Part shown: positions 29,706 through 41,530 of the stretch, one piece after another
Numbering within the stretch: position 1 is the first letter of the stretch
Layout of the letters: the number at the start of each line of letters is the position of its first letter
Origin: an uncultured Christensenella sp.
GTDB lineage: Bacteria > Bacillota > Clostridia > Christensenellales > CAG-917
Direction of reading: 5' to 3'
Assembly: GCA_910584155.1 (NCBI GenBank)
Contig: CAJTYG010000006.1
Span: 199-64,198, forward strand
DNA length: 64,000 bases
Notes under the pieces: model-generated
The model's input: only the letters and a program-made list of their open reading frames with translations
Told to the model about the DNA's origin: nothing
Database searches by the model: none
Position numbers and translations under genes: made by a program

Positions 29706-31856
29706 TTATCTTCTTACGTCCAATATTCCGTTTATACTGCGCAGCTTCTTCACAAGGTCTTCAAGCTCGTTTACACGCTTTATTCGCACGCTTATGACAA
29801 TTTCACCAAGCCCGTCACTCTCCGTCCTTGCGCTTGCGGAGGTTATTTCAAGCTTTGCGCCCGAGATATAGGACGTGATAGCCGCAAGCAAGCCCGACTT
29901 GTTTTCGCACTTCATTGTAAGCGTCACGTTGAAGTATTCGTTGCCGTCGTTATCCCAACTTACAGGTATCAATCGCTCATCTTCCATTCCCTTGACGTTG
30001 GGACAGTCCGCACGGTGGACGGACACCCCTCTGCCCCTTGAAATGTAGCCCACTATGGGATCACCGGGTATAGGCGAGCAGCACTGCGCCATACGTACTG
30101 TAAAGTTTGCGTTGCCATTGACAAGCACGCCACTTTTTGAGTGATGTGTTTGAGGCTTTTGCTCGGGCTTCTGCACAAGCTGATCTATTGCTTGCAAAGC
30201 GGGCGCTTCCTTTTTGAATGCCTCTATGATTTTTGACATGACTTGATTTGTTGTCAGTCCGCCGTAGCCTATCTCGGCATACAGGTCTTCTTCCGTATCA
30301 AGCCCGTGTCTTTGCAAAAAGCGCAGCATCATATCGTGCGTCATTATATCGCCCAGAGCATATCCCCTGCGCTTTGCCTCTTTTTCAAGCATATCCTTGC
30401 CACGCTCGATATTTTCGTCCCGCTTTTCCTTTTTGAAGTACGCTCTGATTTTTGAGCGTGCCGAAGCCGAACGCACAAATTTGAGCCAATCGAAGCTCGG
30501 TCCCTTGGACGTGGGCGAAGTGATGATTTCCACAATATCGCCGTTTGCAAGCTTTGTGGACAGCGGCACTATCTTTTTGTTGACCTTTGCCCCGACGCAT
30601 TTGTTGCCTACCTGCGAGTGTATTTTGTATGCAAGGTCAACGGGCGTAGAACCGACAGGCAAGCCGTGCACGTCGCCCTTTGGAGTGAACACAAACACCT
30701 CGTCGTCAAAGACGTTGATTTTGATTGCGTCCATAAACTCCTTTGCACCGTCGATATCCTTTTGGGCGTCCATCACTTCCCTGAGCCATCTGACCTTGTT
30801 GTCAAGGTCGCTGTCGTTGCCCGTAGTGCCCTCTTTATACTTCCAGTGCGCCGCAATGCCGTATTCGGCAATTCTGTGCATCTCATATGTTCGGATCTGT
30901 ATTTCAAACGTTTCGTTAAAAGGCGTGATGACCGTCGTGTGCAGCGACTGATAGTTGTTCGCCTTTGGCATTGCGATATAGTCCTTAAATCTGCCGGGGA
31001 TAGGCTTCCACATCGTGTGTATTTCGCCAAGCATCGTGTAGCAGTCCTTGACGGAATCCACTATGATACGCACGGCAAGCAGGTCGTAGATTTGGTCTAT
31101 GTCTATATGCAGATTGTGCATCTTTTTATAAACGGAATAAAAATGCTTCGGTCTGCCGTTGACCTCGCCGTTTATTTCCATTTCCTTAAGCTTTTGCTGT
31201 ATTTGTGCGCAAATTGCATCTAAAAAACCCTGTCTTTCACTGCGCTTTGCATTGACGGCCTCGCTGATATACTTATACTCGTCTGGCAACAGATATTTCA
31301 TAGAAAGGTCTTCAAGCTCGCACTTGAAAAACGAAATTCCAAGACGTCCCGCAAGCGGCGCATAGATATCGAGGGTTTCTCTTGCTATCCTCTGCTGTCT
31401 GTCCGCAGATATATACTGCAGCGACCGCATATTGTGCAATCTGTCGGCAAGCTTGATTATTATGACACGCAGGTCCTTTGCCATTGCGATAAATATCTTG
31501 CGGAAATTTTCTGCCTGCGCTTCCTCTCTGTTTACAAACTGCAATTTATCAAGCTTTGTCACACCCTCGACAAGCTCGACTATTTCGCTGCCGAAGACCT
31601 CTTTCAGCTCATCCGACGTTACAGGCGTATCCTCAAGCACGTCATGCAAAAATGCGGCTATCACCGTCGAGCTGTCAAAGCCGAAATTGGACAAAATCTC
31701 AACTACGGCGCAAGGATGAGTAAAATAGTCCTCGCCGGAGCTTCGCTTTTGTCCTGCGTGCGCAGTCTTTGCAAAATCGTATGCCTTTTTGATTTCGGCA
31801 TACTTATCGGGATAAGTTTTTCTGAGTTTTACAAGCAATTCTTCCATATCAGACAC
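29706..31856 (-). CDS. relA: bifunctional (p)ppGpp synthetase/hydrolase
   Basis: 716 aa with HD hydrolase (FLHDVLEDT), RelA/SpoT synthetase, TGS and ACT regions. Confidence 0.95.
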   Translation of the reverse strand: MSDMEELLVKLRKTYPDKYAEIKKAYDFAKTAHAGQKRSSGEDYFTHPCAVVEILSNFGFDSSTVIAAFLHDVLEDTPVTSDELKEVFGSEIVELVEGVTKLDKLQFVNREEAQAENFRKIFIAMAKDLRVIIIKLADRLHNMRSLQYISADRQQRIARETLDIYAPLAGRLGISFFKCELEDLSMKYLLPDEYKYISEAVNAKRSERQGFLDAICAQIQQKLKEMEINGEVNGRPKHFYSVYKKMHNLHIDIDQIYDLLAVRIIVDSVKDCYTMLGEIHTMWKPIPGRFKDYIAMPKANNYQSLHTTVITPFNETFEIQIRTYEMHRIAEYGIAAHWKYKEGTTGNDSDLDNKVRWLREVMDAQKDIDGAKEFMDAIKINVFDDEVFVFTPKGDVHGLPVGSTPVDLAYKIHSQVGNKCVGAKVNKKIVPLSTKLANGDIVEIITSPTSKGPSFDWLKFVRSASARSKIRAYFKKEKRDENIERGKDMLEKEAKRRGYALGDIMTHDMMLRFLQRHGLDTEEDLYAEIGYGGLTTNQVMSKIIEAFKKEAPALQAIDQLVQKPEQKPQTHHSKSGVLVNGNANFTVRMAQCCSPIPGDPIVGYISRGRGVSVHRADCPNVKGMEDERLIPVSWDNDGNEYFNVTLTMKCENKSGLLAAITSYISGAKLEITSASARTESDGLGEIVISVRIKRVNELEDLVKKLRSINGILDVRR

Positions 31857-31868
31857 CCCACCAAAAAT

Positions 31869-34172
31869 CTATTGCAGTCCTTTTGCCACTCTGTATGCTA
31901 CAGAGCTGTTGAGATCCACTGATTTTCTGTCTATTATCAGCGCACCTCTGTCGCCTATCTTTACAAGCTCAAGCTGTTTGAATATCATCATTGCAAGCAA
32001 AAACACGCTTTCGGACGTTTTGCACCTTTCCAAAACCGCCAGATAAAGCGCATGCAGATTGCTTGCCCGCACCTTTGAAGCCGCAATGCTCGCCAGCGCC
32101 TTATATATTGCACGCAGCTCGTCGTCGGAAAACTCTATGCGGTCGGTTTTAACCTCGCCGAGCGCTACGACACGCTCGCTTTCAATGCTGTTCAAATAGC
32201 CTTTTGAAAGCGGTGCACCTGCAATGACGGTGCAACTATAATAAGCAAAATCAAAATCCTCGCTCGGACACACTATCACGCAGTTGCGTGGATTGAGCTC
32301 CTGCGTTTTGCCTATAAACACAGGCATTTCGCTTATAGCATTGCTCTTTTTACAGATATCATTATATTCGTCGGCAGAAAAGCATACGACAACCGTGCCG
32401 AACGGCGAATTTTTTAACATATCTTCCACATTCTGTAGGCTTATATCTTCAACACCTCTGTTACCTGCAAAATTGAGATGATAAAGATTTAGCATACGTG
32501 CTTCTTCCCTGCTCATCTCAACGGTTTTGAACGCCGCCGATTTTATGATCCCCTGCGCAGTAAGAGTGTTGCGAAATTCGTTTATGTCAAGCGATACTTC
32601 CAAATCAAGCTCGCCAGTCTTTGCGGTAAAGCTGTCCGCATAGTTGTAAAAGCCCAATATGTCGATATTCTTCGTACTGCATTTAACGTGGTTAGAATAT
32701 CCGATTTTGTCAAATTTAAGTCCTTTTGCGCTCAGCAGGAAGTTTGGACGTGCGTTGCCGTATCCAAACGGCTGCATAAGCTCAAGCTCCTTTGCAAAGC
32801 TTAAAAAATCAAAATCAAGCGGAAGCTTCATTTCACAGCGTATGTCGGGAATAAAATCCTGCGCTGTGTGCGTCGAAAGTACAATATCATTCGCCTCATG
32901 TCTGAAAGCCTCAAAGCTGCATATATCGAGGCTGACGCCTGCCGCCTGTGCGTGTCCGCCAAAGGACGTAAAGTATTTTCCGAGCCCGTTAAACAGCTCA
33001 AAGATATTGACGGACGGTATACTACGTGCCGAGCCTTTTAAGCTATTACCGTTTTTTGAAAACAGCACTGCAGGACGTTTGAATTCCTCAACAAGCTTTG
33101 ACGCCGCAATGCCCAAAACGCCTGCTTCCCAATTTTCGCTGTACAGCATAATTATGCCGATTTTTGCAAAATCTGCGCCGCATAGCTGTTTTTTTGCGTC
33201 TGCAACAACATTCTCGCAAAGCTCTTGCCTGAGTTGATTATCTCTGATAAGCTCTTCGGCAAGAGTTTTAAGCATAAAATAGTCGGTTTCCAAAAACAAA
33301 TCGACCACTTTCATTGCGGAATTAAGTCTGCCCGCAGCATTCATTCGTGGCGCAAGCCTAAACATTATGTTTTGCGAGCTTACGCCGTCGTTGCCAAGCA
33401 GCATTTTTATGCCCTTGCGAGGCGCAGTTAGCATTTGGCGCAAGCCGAGATATGCAATTATCCTATTGTCGTCAACAAGCGGCACGACATCCGCAATAGT
33501 GGCAATCGCAGCGATATCGGCATATTTTAATGCCTCTTGTCTGCCTGCAAGCGCTTCTACAAGCTTCAAAGCCACGCCCGCACCGCAATAATCGCAAAAT
33601 CCGTGCCTGCCTATTTTTGGATCGAGCACAATGCATTTGGGGATTTGTTCCTGCGGCTCGTGGTGGTCGGTGACGATGACGTCAATGCCCTTGTCGTTTA
33701 AATATTCCACTTCACCGACTGCGGTTATGCCGCAATCAACGGTGATGACAAGCGACGGGCGCTTTTGCGGGATAAGCCTTTCAAGCGCACCTATCGATAT
33801 GCCGTAGCCATCCTTATTTCTGTCGGGAATAAAATAAGTCACCCTTGTTTTGTCTCTGAGATACAGCATAAGGATAGACACTGCGCATATGCCGTCGCAA
33901 TCGTAGTCGCCAAAAATCAGTATCTTTTCGTTGTCCTCTATCGCCCTTTGCACACGCTTAACCGCCTCCGCCATTCCGTCAATATCAAAAGGCGAGGACA
34001 TATTGTCCGCACTCGGATGAAGATACGTATAAAGCCCGTCTTCCCTTAAACCTCTGCCGAGCAACAAACGCACAAAATCCTCGGATATTCCGAGTGATTT
34101 TGCAAGGCATTTTTGCTGCTCGTCAAGCTTAAAAGCGTCTGTTTTTACTACGTATCGCATATCAATTCCCAA
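31869..34172 (-). CDS. recJ: single-stranded-DNA-specific exonuclease RecJ
   Basis: 767 aa with DHH motifs (FGDYDCDGI, VTDHH) and a DHHA1 domain, plus a long C-terminal extension. Confidence 0.9.
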   Translation of the reverse strand: MGIDMRYVVKTDAFKLDEQQKCLAKSLGISEDFVRLLLGRGLREDGLYTYLHPSADNMSSPFDIDGMAEAVKRVQRAIEDNEKILIFGDYDCDGICAVSILMLYLRDKTRVTYFIPDRNKDGYGISIGALERLIPQKRPSLVITVDCGITAVGEVEYLNDKGIDVIVTDHHEPQEQIPKCIVLDPKIGRHGFCDYCGAGVALKLVEALAGRQEALKYADIAAIATIADVVPLVDDNRIIAYLGLRQMLTAPRKGIKMLLGNDGVSSQNIMFRLAPRMNAAGRLNSAMKVVDLFLETDYFMLKTLAEELIRDNQLRQELCENVVADAKKQLCGADFAKIGIIMLYSENWEAGVLGIAASKLVEEFKRPAVLFSKNGNSLKGSARSIPSVNIFELFNGLGKYFTSFGGHAQAAGVSLDICSFEAFRHEANDIVLSTHTAQDFIPDIRCEMKLPLDFDFLSFAKELELMQPFGYGNARPNFLLSAKGLKFDKIGYSNHVKCSTKNIDILGFYNYADSFTAKTGELDLEVSLDINEFRNTLTAQGIIKSAAFKTVEMSREEARMLNLYHLNFAGNRGVEDISLQNVEDMLKNSPFGTVVVCFSADEYNDICKKSNAISEMPVFIGKTQELNPRNCVIVCPSEDFDFAYYSCTVIAGAPLSKGYLNSIESERVVALGEVKTDRIEFSDDELRAIYKALASIAASKVRASNLHALYLAVLERCKTSESVFLLAMMIFKQLELVKIGDRGALIIDRKSVDLNSSVAYRVAKGLQ

Positions 34173-34266
34173 ATCGATCGCTATATTTGCAAAAATTTAT
34201 AAATCGGCTACAATAGTGCCGATTTATAAATTTGCGCCCCTACTTTTCAAGTAAGGGCGTGCTAAA

Positions 34267-35427
34267 TTATTTCTTTTTAAATGTGGTGTTTTTCTTTTTG
34301 TATTTGTACAGCTTTTGCGGCTGCTGCTTTGCAGGCTTCTTAGCTGCGTCGTATGCGGGCTTAGTCGTGTCGACGACCTTAGCAACCGTTTGCTCCTCGC
34401 CGTCCTCATCCTTTTCATAGGTGACAGCATGACGCTTTGCATACTTCTCTTTGGTCTTGTCAAAGGATGCGCTCATCGCCGCCCACAACGGCGTTGCAAG
34501 GCAGACTGACGAGAACATACCTGCGACCAAGCCGAGAATGATCGGCACACAGAACTCTCTTATGGAATCGCTGCCCAGTATCGCAAGGAATATGACCGTA
34601 ATCATTGTCGTAAACGTCGTATAAACCGAACGTGTGAACGTCTGACGAACAGCCAGATCGCCTATGCCGTTGTAATCGATATTTTTCTGCCCTTTGAGAG
34701 GCTTGAGAGACTCACGGCAGCGGTCAAAGATGATGATGGTATTGTTGATAGAGTATGCAATAATGGTTATCATTGCCGCAACATACGAACTGTTGATCTG
34801 CACTCTGCAAATTATTGTGAGCGCAAACATTATCACGACGTCGTGGATAAGAGCGATGATTGCAGCAAAGCCGCTCATCAGAGTAAACCTGATGATAATG
34901 TAGATGAGAATGATGACGACCGATACCGCAAGAGCTATGCCCGCCTTTGAAAGCAGGTCCTGTGCGGCGGTTGCACCGATAGACTCATAGGTGACAATGC
35001 CGTTCTTTTCAAACAGATTGTCTACTGCATCTCTTATCTCTTTGTTGAGATTATTGATTTCCGTATCGTCTCTCGATATATTTTTATATCTGAAGGATAT
35101 AGCGGATCTTTCAACGGTGTTTGCCTCCTGCACCTGCGCATAGCTTACCTTAACGCCGTGCTTTTCTATTTCGGCAATTATCTTATCTCTGTTTGCGGCA
35201 TAATTTTCGTTTATTGCGTCCTCGCCGAGCGTAACGGTGATAAGCGTGCCGCCCTCAAAGTCGATACCTATGCCGACCGCATCCGTAAAGCTACCGCCTG
35301 TAACGCCGAGTGCGATGACTATGACGAGTGCGATGACCACAATCACAAACGGCACTGCACCAAACCATTTAGCGTATTTACTGACGCTGAAGTTGTTGCA
35401 AAGGTTGCGGAAATTATTGTTTTTCAT
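34267..35427 (-). CDS. secF: protein translocase subunit SecF
   Basis: 386 aa with six TM helices in the SecF pattern. Ends in a lysine-rich tail (...KKPAKQQPQKLYKYKKKNTTFKKK). Confidence 0.9.
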   Translation of the reverse strand: MKNNNFRNLCNNFSVSKYAKWFGAVPFVIVVIALVIVIALGVTGGSFTDAVGIGIDFEGGTLITVTLGEDAINENYAANRDKIIAEIEKHGVKVSYAQVQEANTVERSAISFRYKNISRDDTEINNLNKEIRDAVDNLFEKNGIVTYESIGATAAQDLLSKAGIALAVSVVIILIYIIIRFTLMSGFAAIIALIHDVVIMFALTIICRVQINSSYVAAMITIIAYSINNTIIIFDRCRESLKPLKGQKNIDYNGIGDLAVRQTFTRSVYTTFTTMITVIFLAILGSDSIREFCVPIILGLVAGMFSSVCLATPLWAAMSASFDKTKEKYAKRHAVTYEKDEDGEEQTVAKVVDTTKPAYDAAKKPAKQQPQKLYKYKKKNTTFKKK

Positions 35428-35429
35428 AA

Positions 35430-36797
35430 TTATGCCTCCTCCTTTGCCAAAGACTTTAATGATTTTTCTTCTGCCTCGTGTTCCTCATCTCTCTTGAGTC
35501 CGTACAGTTTATTGTTGGTGCTGTTGAGAGGCACAAAACACTTGAGGATAAGTCTTGTTATTACAAGCGACGTAAACATTGAAAGAATGATACCTATAAA
35601 CAGCGTGACTGCAAAGCCGACGATAGAGGCGGAGCCCAATATCCAAAGCACTACAGCGCCGATAAGAGTCGTGACGTTTCCGTCGATGATTGCTGCGATA
35701 GAACGCTTGAAGCCGTCCTTGATTGCCGTTTGAATGGGCTTGTTGGAATGCTTGTATTCGTCCTTGATCCTTTCAAATATAATGACGTTTGCGTCGACTG
35801 CCATACCTATTGAAAGCAGGATACCTGCGATACCCGGCAGGGTGAGCTGTACCCACGGCAGCATTGCGCAGAACCACAGCAGCAGCACGATATAAACGCA
35901 AAGCGCAATATCTGCGGCAAGTCCCAACCCACGGTAAACGAGAAGCAGGAACACAAAGATGATAGCCACGCCGACGATACCTGCGATAAGTGCGGTATTT
36001 ATGGAATTTTCACCGAGAGTTGCGGATATATTTCTCACCTCGGTCTGGCGGAGCTGAACGCCGAACGTACCCGACTGCAAGCGTGTCGCAAAATCGAGCG
36101 CTTCTTGATAGGTGTAACCGTCCTGACCGCTTGTGATGATAGCCGAGCCGTTTGTGATTGTCGAGTTGACGTTGACTTGAGTATAAGGCTCGCCGTCGAT
36201 ATAAATATAAATCGTCTTATTGAGATAGTCCTTAGTCACTTCCGCAAACTTTGTCGTGCCTGCCGAATTGAACTTGAGCCCGACCGCATAGTGGCTGCTT
36301 TCGTCAAGAGTGACGTATGCCGACTCGAGGTGGGTACGACCGACGATGAGATTTTCCGCATTGACGTCGTTTTCGCCCTTGAACTCGAGCGTAGCGGGAC
36401 GACCGATGAGGCTCAAAACCTTTTGCGGATCATCCACGTCCGGCACTTCCACACGAATGGTAGTGTTGCCGTTGCTGTTGGTGCCCTTTGTCACCGTTGA
36501 TTCCGTATAGCCCTTTGACACGAGCAGGCTTTGCAGCGAGCTGATAGTGCCGTCTACACGAGTGTCCAAATCGTCGAATTCGTCGGGAAGAACCTCAAAG
36601 ACTGCTGCCACACCGCCCGACATATCAAGACCGAGCTTGATCGTCTTGGCGTAGCCCGTATAGTCATAGACAGTGTTTGCAATCGGGAAAGACACGACTG
36701 CGAAAACCGCCATCAAAATGATGAAGATGCCTATGACGGATAAGACGATGATTGATTTCTTTTTGTTCACAGGATGAACCTCCATATAGTAAAACAT
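35430..36797 (-). CDS. secD: protein translocase subunit SecD
   Basis: SecD periplasmic domain plus a TM bundle. The likely true start is the GTG at 36770, 6 nt after GGAGGT. Confidence 0.9.
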   Translation of the reverse strand: MFYYMEVHPVNKKKSIIVLSVIGIFIILMAVFAVVSFPIANTVYDYTGYAKTIKLGLDMSGGVAAVFEVLPDEFDDLDTRVDGTISSLQSLLVSKGYTESTVTKGTNSNGNTTIRVEVPDVDDPQKVLSLIGRPATLEFKGENDVNAENLIVGRTHLESAYVTLDESSHYAVGLKFNSAGTTKFAEVTKDYLNKTIYIYIDGEPYTQVNVNSTITNGSAIITSGQDGYTYQEALDFATRLQSGTFGVQLRQTEVRNISATLGENSINTALIAGIVGVAIIFVFLLLVYRGLGLAADIALCVYIVLLLWFCAMLPWVQLTLPGIAGILLSIGMAVDANVIIFERIKDEYKHSNKPIQTAIKDGFKRSIAAIIDGNVTTLIGAVVLWILGSASIVGFAVTLFIGIILSMFTSLVITRLILKCFVPLNSTNNKLYGLKRDEEHEAEEKSLKSLAKEEA

Positions 36798-36925
36798 ATA
36801 TATTATAACTATGTAACATAATTAAGTCAACAAATAACTGCCTTGTATTAGCAAATTTTAAGCTATTTTTGCAGTATTTTCTTCTCTTCGGGCATAGGTT
36901 TGGCGCAAACGTCATACTCTTTGGT

Positions 36926-37324
36926 ATGGAAAAATCAATAAACTTTAAAAACGATTTACTCGATGTGCTCAAAGCAGTGCTGTTTTCGACACTCATCTCG
37001 CTGGGCTTGGTGCTTATATTTGCTATCATCATCAAATTTGCTTCACTGCCCAACAACGTGATATTGCCCGTAAATATCGCAATAAAGATTCTGTCCGTTC
37101 TGGCAGGCACGCTGATAGGCTTCAAAAATCTGTCCAACGGCTTGCTGAAGGGGGCAATAACCGGCTTGATATATATGCTGTTTACGTTTTTTATCTTTGC
37201 CGCCCTATCTGCGTTCAAAGACGTAAAATTCAGTTGGATAGACCTCATAACCCTGCCCGTCGCAGGTGCGATAGCAGGCATACTGACGGTAAACGTAAAA
37301 GGACACCGCAAAAACAGAGCATAA
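36926..37324 (+). CDS. small polytopic membrane protein (TIGR04086/YrzE-like)
   Basis: About 132 aa from the ATG at 36926 with 3-4 TM helices. It is the only plus-strand gene in this block. Confidence 0.6.
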   Translation: MEKSINFKNDLLDVLKAVLFSTLISLGLVLIFAIIIKFASLPNNVILPVNIAIKILSVLAGTLIGFKNLSNGLLKGAITGLIYMLFTFFIFAALSAFKDVKFSWIDLITLPVAGAIAGILTVNVKGHRKNRA

Positions 37325-37352
37325 AAAAATGCGCACCGCATATGCGGTGCGC
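37325..37352 (-). terminator. terminator after yajC
   Basis: Perfect 22-nt palindrome GCGCACCGCATATGCGGTGCGC, followed on the minus strand by AUUUUUUU. Confidence 0.85.
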
Positions 37353-37369
37353 AAATTGGTTTTGCCTTA

Positions 37370-37855
37370 TTATTTACGGCCCTTGCCAAACGGATCGTCA
37401 AGCTCCTCGACTGATGACTCCTCTTCCTCTGCACTTTCCTCTGCAGCGGGCTCGTCGTCAACGACTGCAGGGTCCTCTGTCACAGCAGGTGTTTCTTCTG
37501 TCTGAACGGACTGTGCAGGCTCCGCAGCGGGTGCGGGAGCGTTTACGTTTTCAAGCACAAAGCCGACCGCTTTTCTGTCGATTACGATAAGCGTAGGATT
37601 GCTCTCTGTGCCGACGTTGATGATAAGCGTATTGTCGCTGTTGACCTGCGTAATTCTGCCGACTATTCCGCCGACTGTCATAAGCTTTGTGCCGACTGCA
37701 AGCGAATTCATCATTTTTTGTTGTTCCTTCTGACGCTTTTTTTGAGGAACGATCGTCAGGACGATCATAAGGACAAGCACGACGGCTATGATAACCCACA
37801 TGATCCAGTTGTTGCCCTTGTCGCCGTCTGCTGCAAGTAGATAGTTTAAAAACAT
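37370..37855 (-). CDS. yajC: preprotein translocase subunit YajC (with acidic C-terminal extension)
   Basis: 161 aa. TM helix plus ...KKRQKEQQKMMNSLAVGTKLMTVGGIVGRI... core, then an E/D/A/P-rich tail of about 65 aa. Confidence 0.9.
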   Translation of the reverse strand: MFLNYLLAADGDKGNNWIMWVIIAVVLVLMIVLTIVPQKKRQKEQQKMMNSLAVGTKLMTVGGIVGRITQVNSDNTLIINVGTESNPTLIVIDRKAVGFVLENVNAPAPAAEPAQSVQTEETPAVTEDPAVVDDEPAAEESAEEEESSVEELDDPFGKGRK

Positions 37856-38115
37856 AGTTGCTCCTTTATATTTTGGATATTGAAATGCGTTTTTACACGA
37901 TTACTTTGCTATCATACACTATGCTAAAAAAAATTGCAACCATTATTGAAATATTTAAAATATTAAAGCTGTTTTAATATTGTTGCGAATAAATAATATA
38001 CAAAAAATATAAGCGCACAATTTGTAAATCGCACGCTTATTTTGTCTATTTGTATGAAATTGCGAATAATTATACAGATGTATGATTTTTGCTTTCGATG
38101 CGCAAAAGCATAATA

Positions 38116-39222
<1,107 letters not shown>

Positions 39223-39373
39223 TCACCATTAAATATTTAATTGCAATTTATTCCATTTATCACTGTTTCTTTTTAGAAGCAAGCAAGAGCAGGAAGCCAA
39301 GCGCCGACCGACGGGAGCTTACAAATACGTAAGTGACCGAGACGAAACGACGGCTGACGAACTATTGCGACGC

Positions 39374-40414
39374 TTATAGAAAGAAACAGGCATCGCCGAA
39401 TGAAAAAAAGCGATATTTTTCATTCACTGCGGTTTTGTAAATTTCCAACGTCTTTTCCCTGCCTGCAAATGCCGATACGAGCATAATGAGCGTGCTTTCG
39501 GGCAAATGGAAGTTTGTGATGAGCCCTTTTACGCACTTAAAGCGATAACCGGGATAAATGAAAATATCCGTCTCACCCTTGCACGGTCGCACGTATCCGT
39601 TTTCGTCGGCAACCGTCTCAAGCGTGCGGACGCTCGTCGTACCCACGCATATGACACGCCTGCCCTCTTTGACGGCTTTGTTGATTTTATCTGCGTTTTC
39701 TTCGTCAATCTCATAGTATTCGGTGTGCATCTTGTGGTCGAGTATGTTTTCCTCTTTCACAGGTCGGAAAGTGCCGAGACCGATATGCAGCAGCACTGTT
39801 GCAAACTCAACGCCCTTAGCCTTTAGCTTATCTATAAGCTCGGGCGTAAAATGCAGTCCCGCCGTCGGGGCGGCAGCCGAACCGTCTATTCTGCTGTATA
39901 CAGTCTGATATCGCTCTTTATCCTGCAGCTTTTCCTTTATGTACGGAGGCAAAGGCATATTGCCAACTCTGTCGAGGATATCTTCAAAAACGCCCTCAAA
40001 TTTGAATTCCACAGTTCTTGAGCCGTAGTCGCCCACTTCCGTCACCACTGCGCTAAGACCTTCGGCATAGTTTATCACGCTGCCGAGCCTTGCCTTGCGT
40101 GCGGGCTTCATTATGGTTTCCCAATGGGTGTAGTCGATGCGGCGAAGCAAAAGAGTTTCCAAAACGCTCTCATGATTTTCCACGTGACCGAAAAGACGTG
40201 CGGGAATAACTCTCGTATTGTTGACGACAAGCAAGTCGCCCTCTTTCAGATAATCGGCGATATCGTAAAAATGCCTGTGATAAATTTTATCGCAGCTTCT
40301 GTCATATACCAAAAGCCGTGAGCTGTCACGTGGCTCGACGGGAGTCTGCGCAATGAGTTCTTCAGGCAGATCATAATAAAAATCGTGTGTGGTCAAAGTT
40401 TGTTTTTCTTGCAT
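39374..40414 (-). CDS. queA: S-adenosylmethionine:tRNA ribosyltransferase-isomerase
   Basis: 346 aa, canonical QueA (...FYYDLPEELIAQ..., ...AAPTAGLHFT...). Confidence 0.95.
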   Translation of the reverse strand: MQEKQTLTTHDFYYDLPEELIAQTPVEPRDSSRLLVYDRSCDKIYHRHFYDIADYLKEGDLLVVNNTRVIPARLFGHVENHESVLETLLLRRIDYTHWETIMKPARKARLGSVINYAEGLSAVVTEVGDYGSRTVEFKFEGVFEDILDRVGNMPLPPYIKEKLQDKERYQTVYSRIDGSAAAPTAGLHFTPELIDKLKAKGVEFATVLLHIGLGTFRPVKEENILDHKMHTEYYEIDEENADKINKAVKEGRRVICVGTTSVRTLETVADENGYVRPCKGETDIFIYPGYRFKCVKGLITNFHLPESTLIMLVSAFAGREKTLEIYKTAVNEKYRFFSFGDACFFL

Positions 40415-40468
40415 AATAAGTGTTTTAAGCAGTATTTTGGTTTGTTAAACTTCGTATTTTGTTAAAAC

Positions 40469-41509
40469 TCAGTCTATATAGGGCTTGTTTAAATGCTGAT
40501 ATGCGTTTTTGGTGCACATTCTGCCACGTGGCGTGCGTGTGATAAATCCGAGCTGTATCAAAAACGGCTCTACGACGTCCTCGATGGTGGACGCTTCCTC
40601 GCCCGTAGCTGCGGCAAGCGTATCGAGTCCTACGGGACCGCCGCCGAATTTATCTATAATCGCCTCGAGCACAGTCCTGTCCGTAACGTCAAGCCCGAGC
40701 TCGTCCACGTCCATAAGCGTGAGCGCCTTTTTTGTGACGGCAAGGTTTATGACGTCAAGCTTTTCGTACTGCGCAAAATCACGCACACGGCGCAAAAGAC
40801 GGTTCGCTATACGGGGCGTGCCTCTGCTTCGCTTTGCAAGCTCCAGCGCTGCGTCGGGGTCTATGGCTATGCCAAGTATCTTTGACGAGCGGGTGACAAT
40901 GCTTACAAGCTCCTCTGCAGTGTACATTTCAAGGCGGAGCATCATTCCAAAGCGGTCACGCAACGGACTTGACAGCATACCTGCCCTCGTCGTTGCGCCT
41001 ATAAGCGTAAAATGCTTCAGCGGCAGACGTATGCTTCTTGCCATAGGACCTTTACCCGATACGAAATCGAGCGAAAAATCTTCCATTGCGGGATAAAGCA
41101 CTTCCTCTATATTTCTGTTTAAGCGGTGTATTTCGTCAATAAACAGTATGTCGCCCTTTTCAAGATTTGTAAGTATTGCGGCAAGGTCGGCGGCACGCTC
41201 TATGGCAGGTCCGCTTGTGACACGGATCTGTGCGCCGAGCTCGCAGGCGATGACGTGCGCAAGCGTAGTTTTGCCAAGACCGGGAGGTCCGTACAGTAGC
41301 ACGTGATCGAGAGCGTCGTTTCTTTCCTTTGCGGCGGTAATATATACATCGAGGTTCTTTTTTATTTTGGACTGCCCCACATATTCGCCCATAGTATGCG
41401 GACGCAGCGAGTTTTCCGCCTCGTCGTCCTCTATGGTGCGACTGCTCATCAGTCTGTTTTCAACGTCGAAGCCGTCGTTGTTATCCTTTGAAAACTGTGA
41501 TTTTATCAT
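40469..41509 (-). CDS. ruvB: Holliday junction helicase RuvB
   Basis: 346 aa with Walker [10 protein letters not shown] and the RuvB C-terminal winged helix. Confidence 0.95.
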   Translation of the reverse strand: MIKSQFSKDNNDGFDVENRLMSSRTIEDDEAENSLRPHTMGEYVGQSKIKKNLDVYITAAKERNDALDHVLLYGPPGLGKTTLAHVIACELGAQIRVTSGPAIERAADLAAILTNLEKGDILFIDEIHRLNRNIEEVLYPAMEDFSLDFVSGKGPMARSIRLPLKHFTLIGATTRAGMLSSPLRDRFGMMLRLEMYTAEELVSIVTRSSKILGIAIDPDAALELAKRSRGTPRIANRLLRRVRDFAQYEKLDVINLAVTKKALTLMDVDELGLDVTDRTVLEAIIDKFGGGPVGLDTLAAATGEEASTIEDVVEPFLIQLGFITRTPRGRMCTKNAYQHLNKPYID

Positions 41510-41530
41510 ATCTTCCTCACTGTCGCAAAA

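Noticed and set aside
36664-37461. 265-aa minus-strand ORF covering the secD start, the intergenic region and the TIGR04086-like gene
   Set aside because: Implausible composition. It crosses a promoter region and is antisense to a clean membrane-protein ORF.
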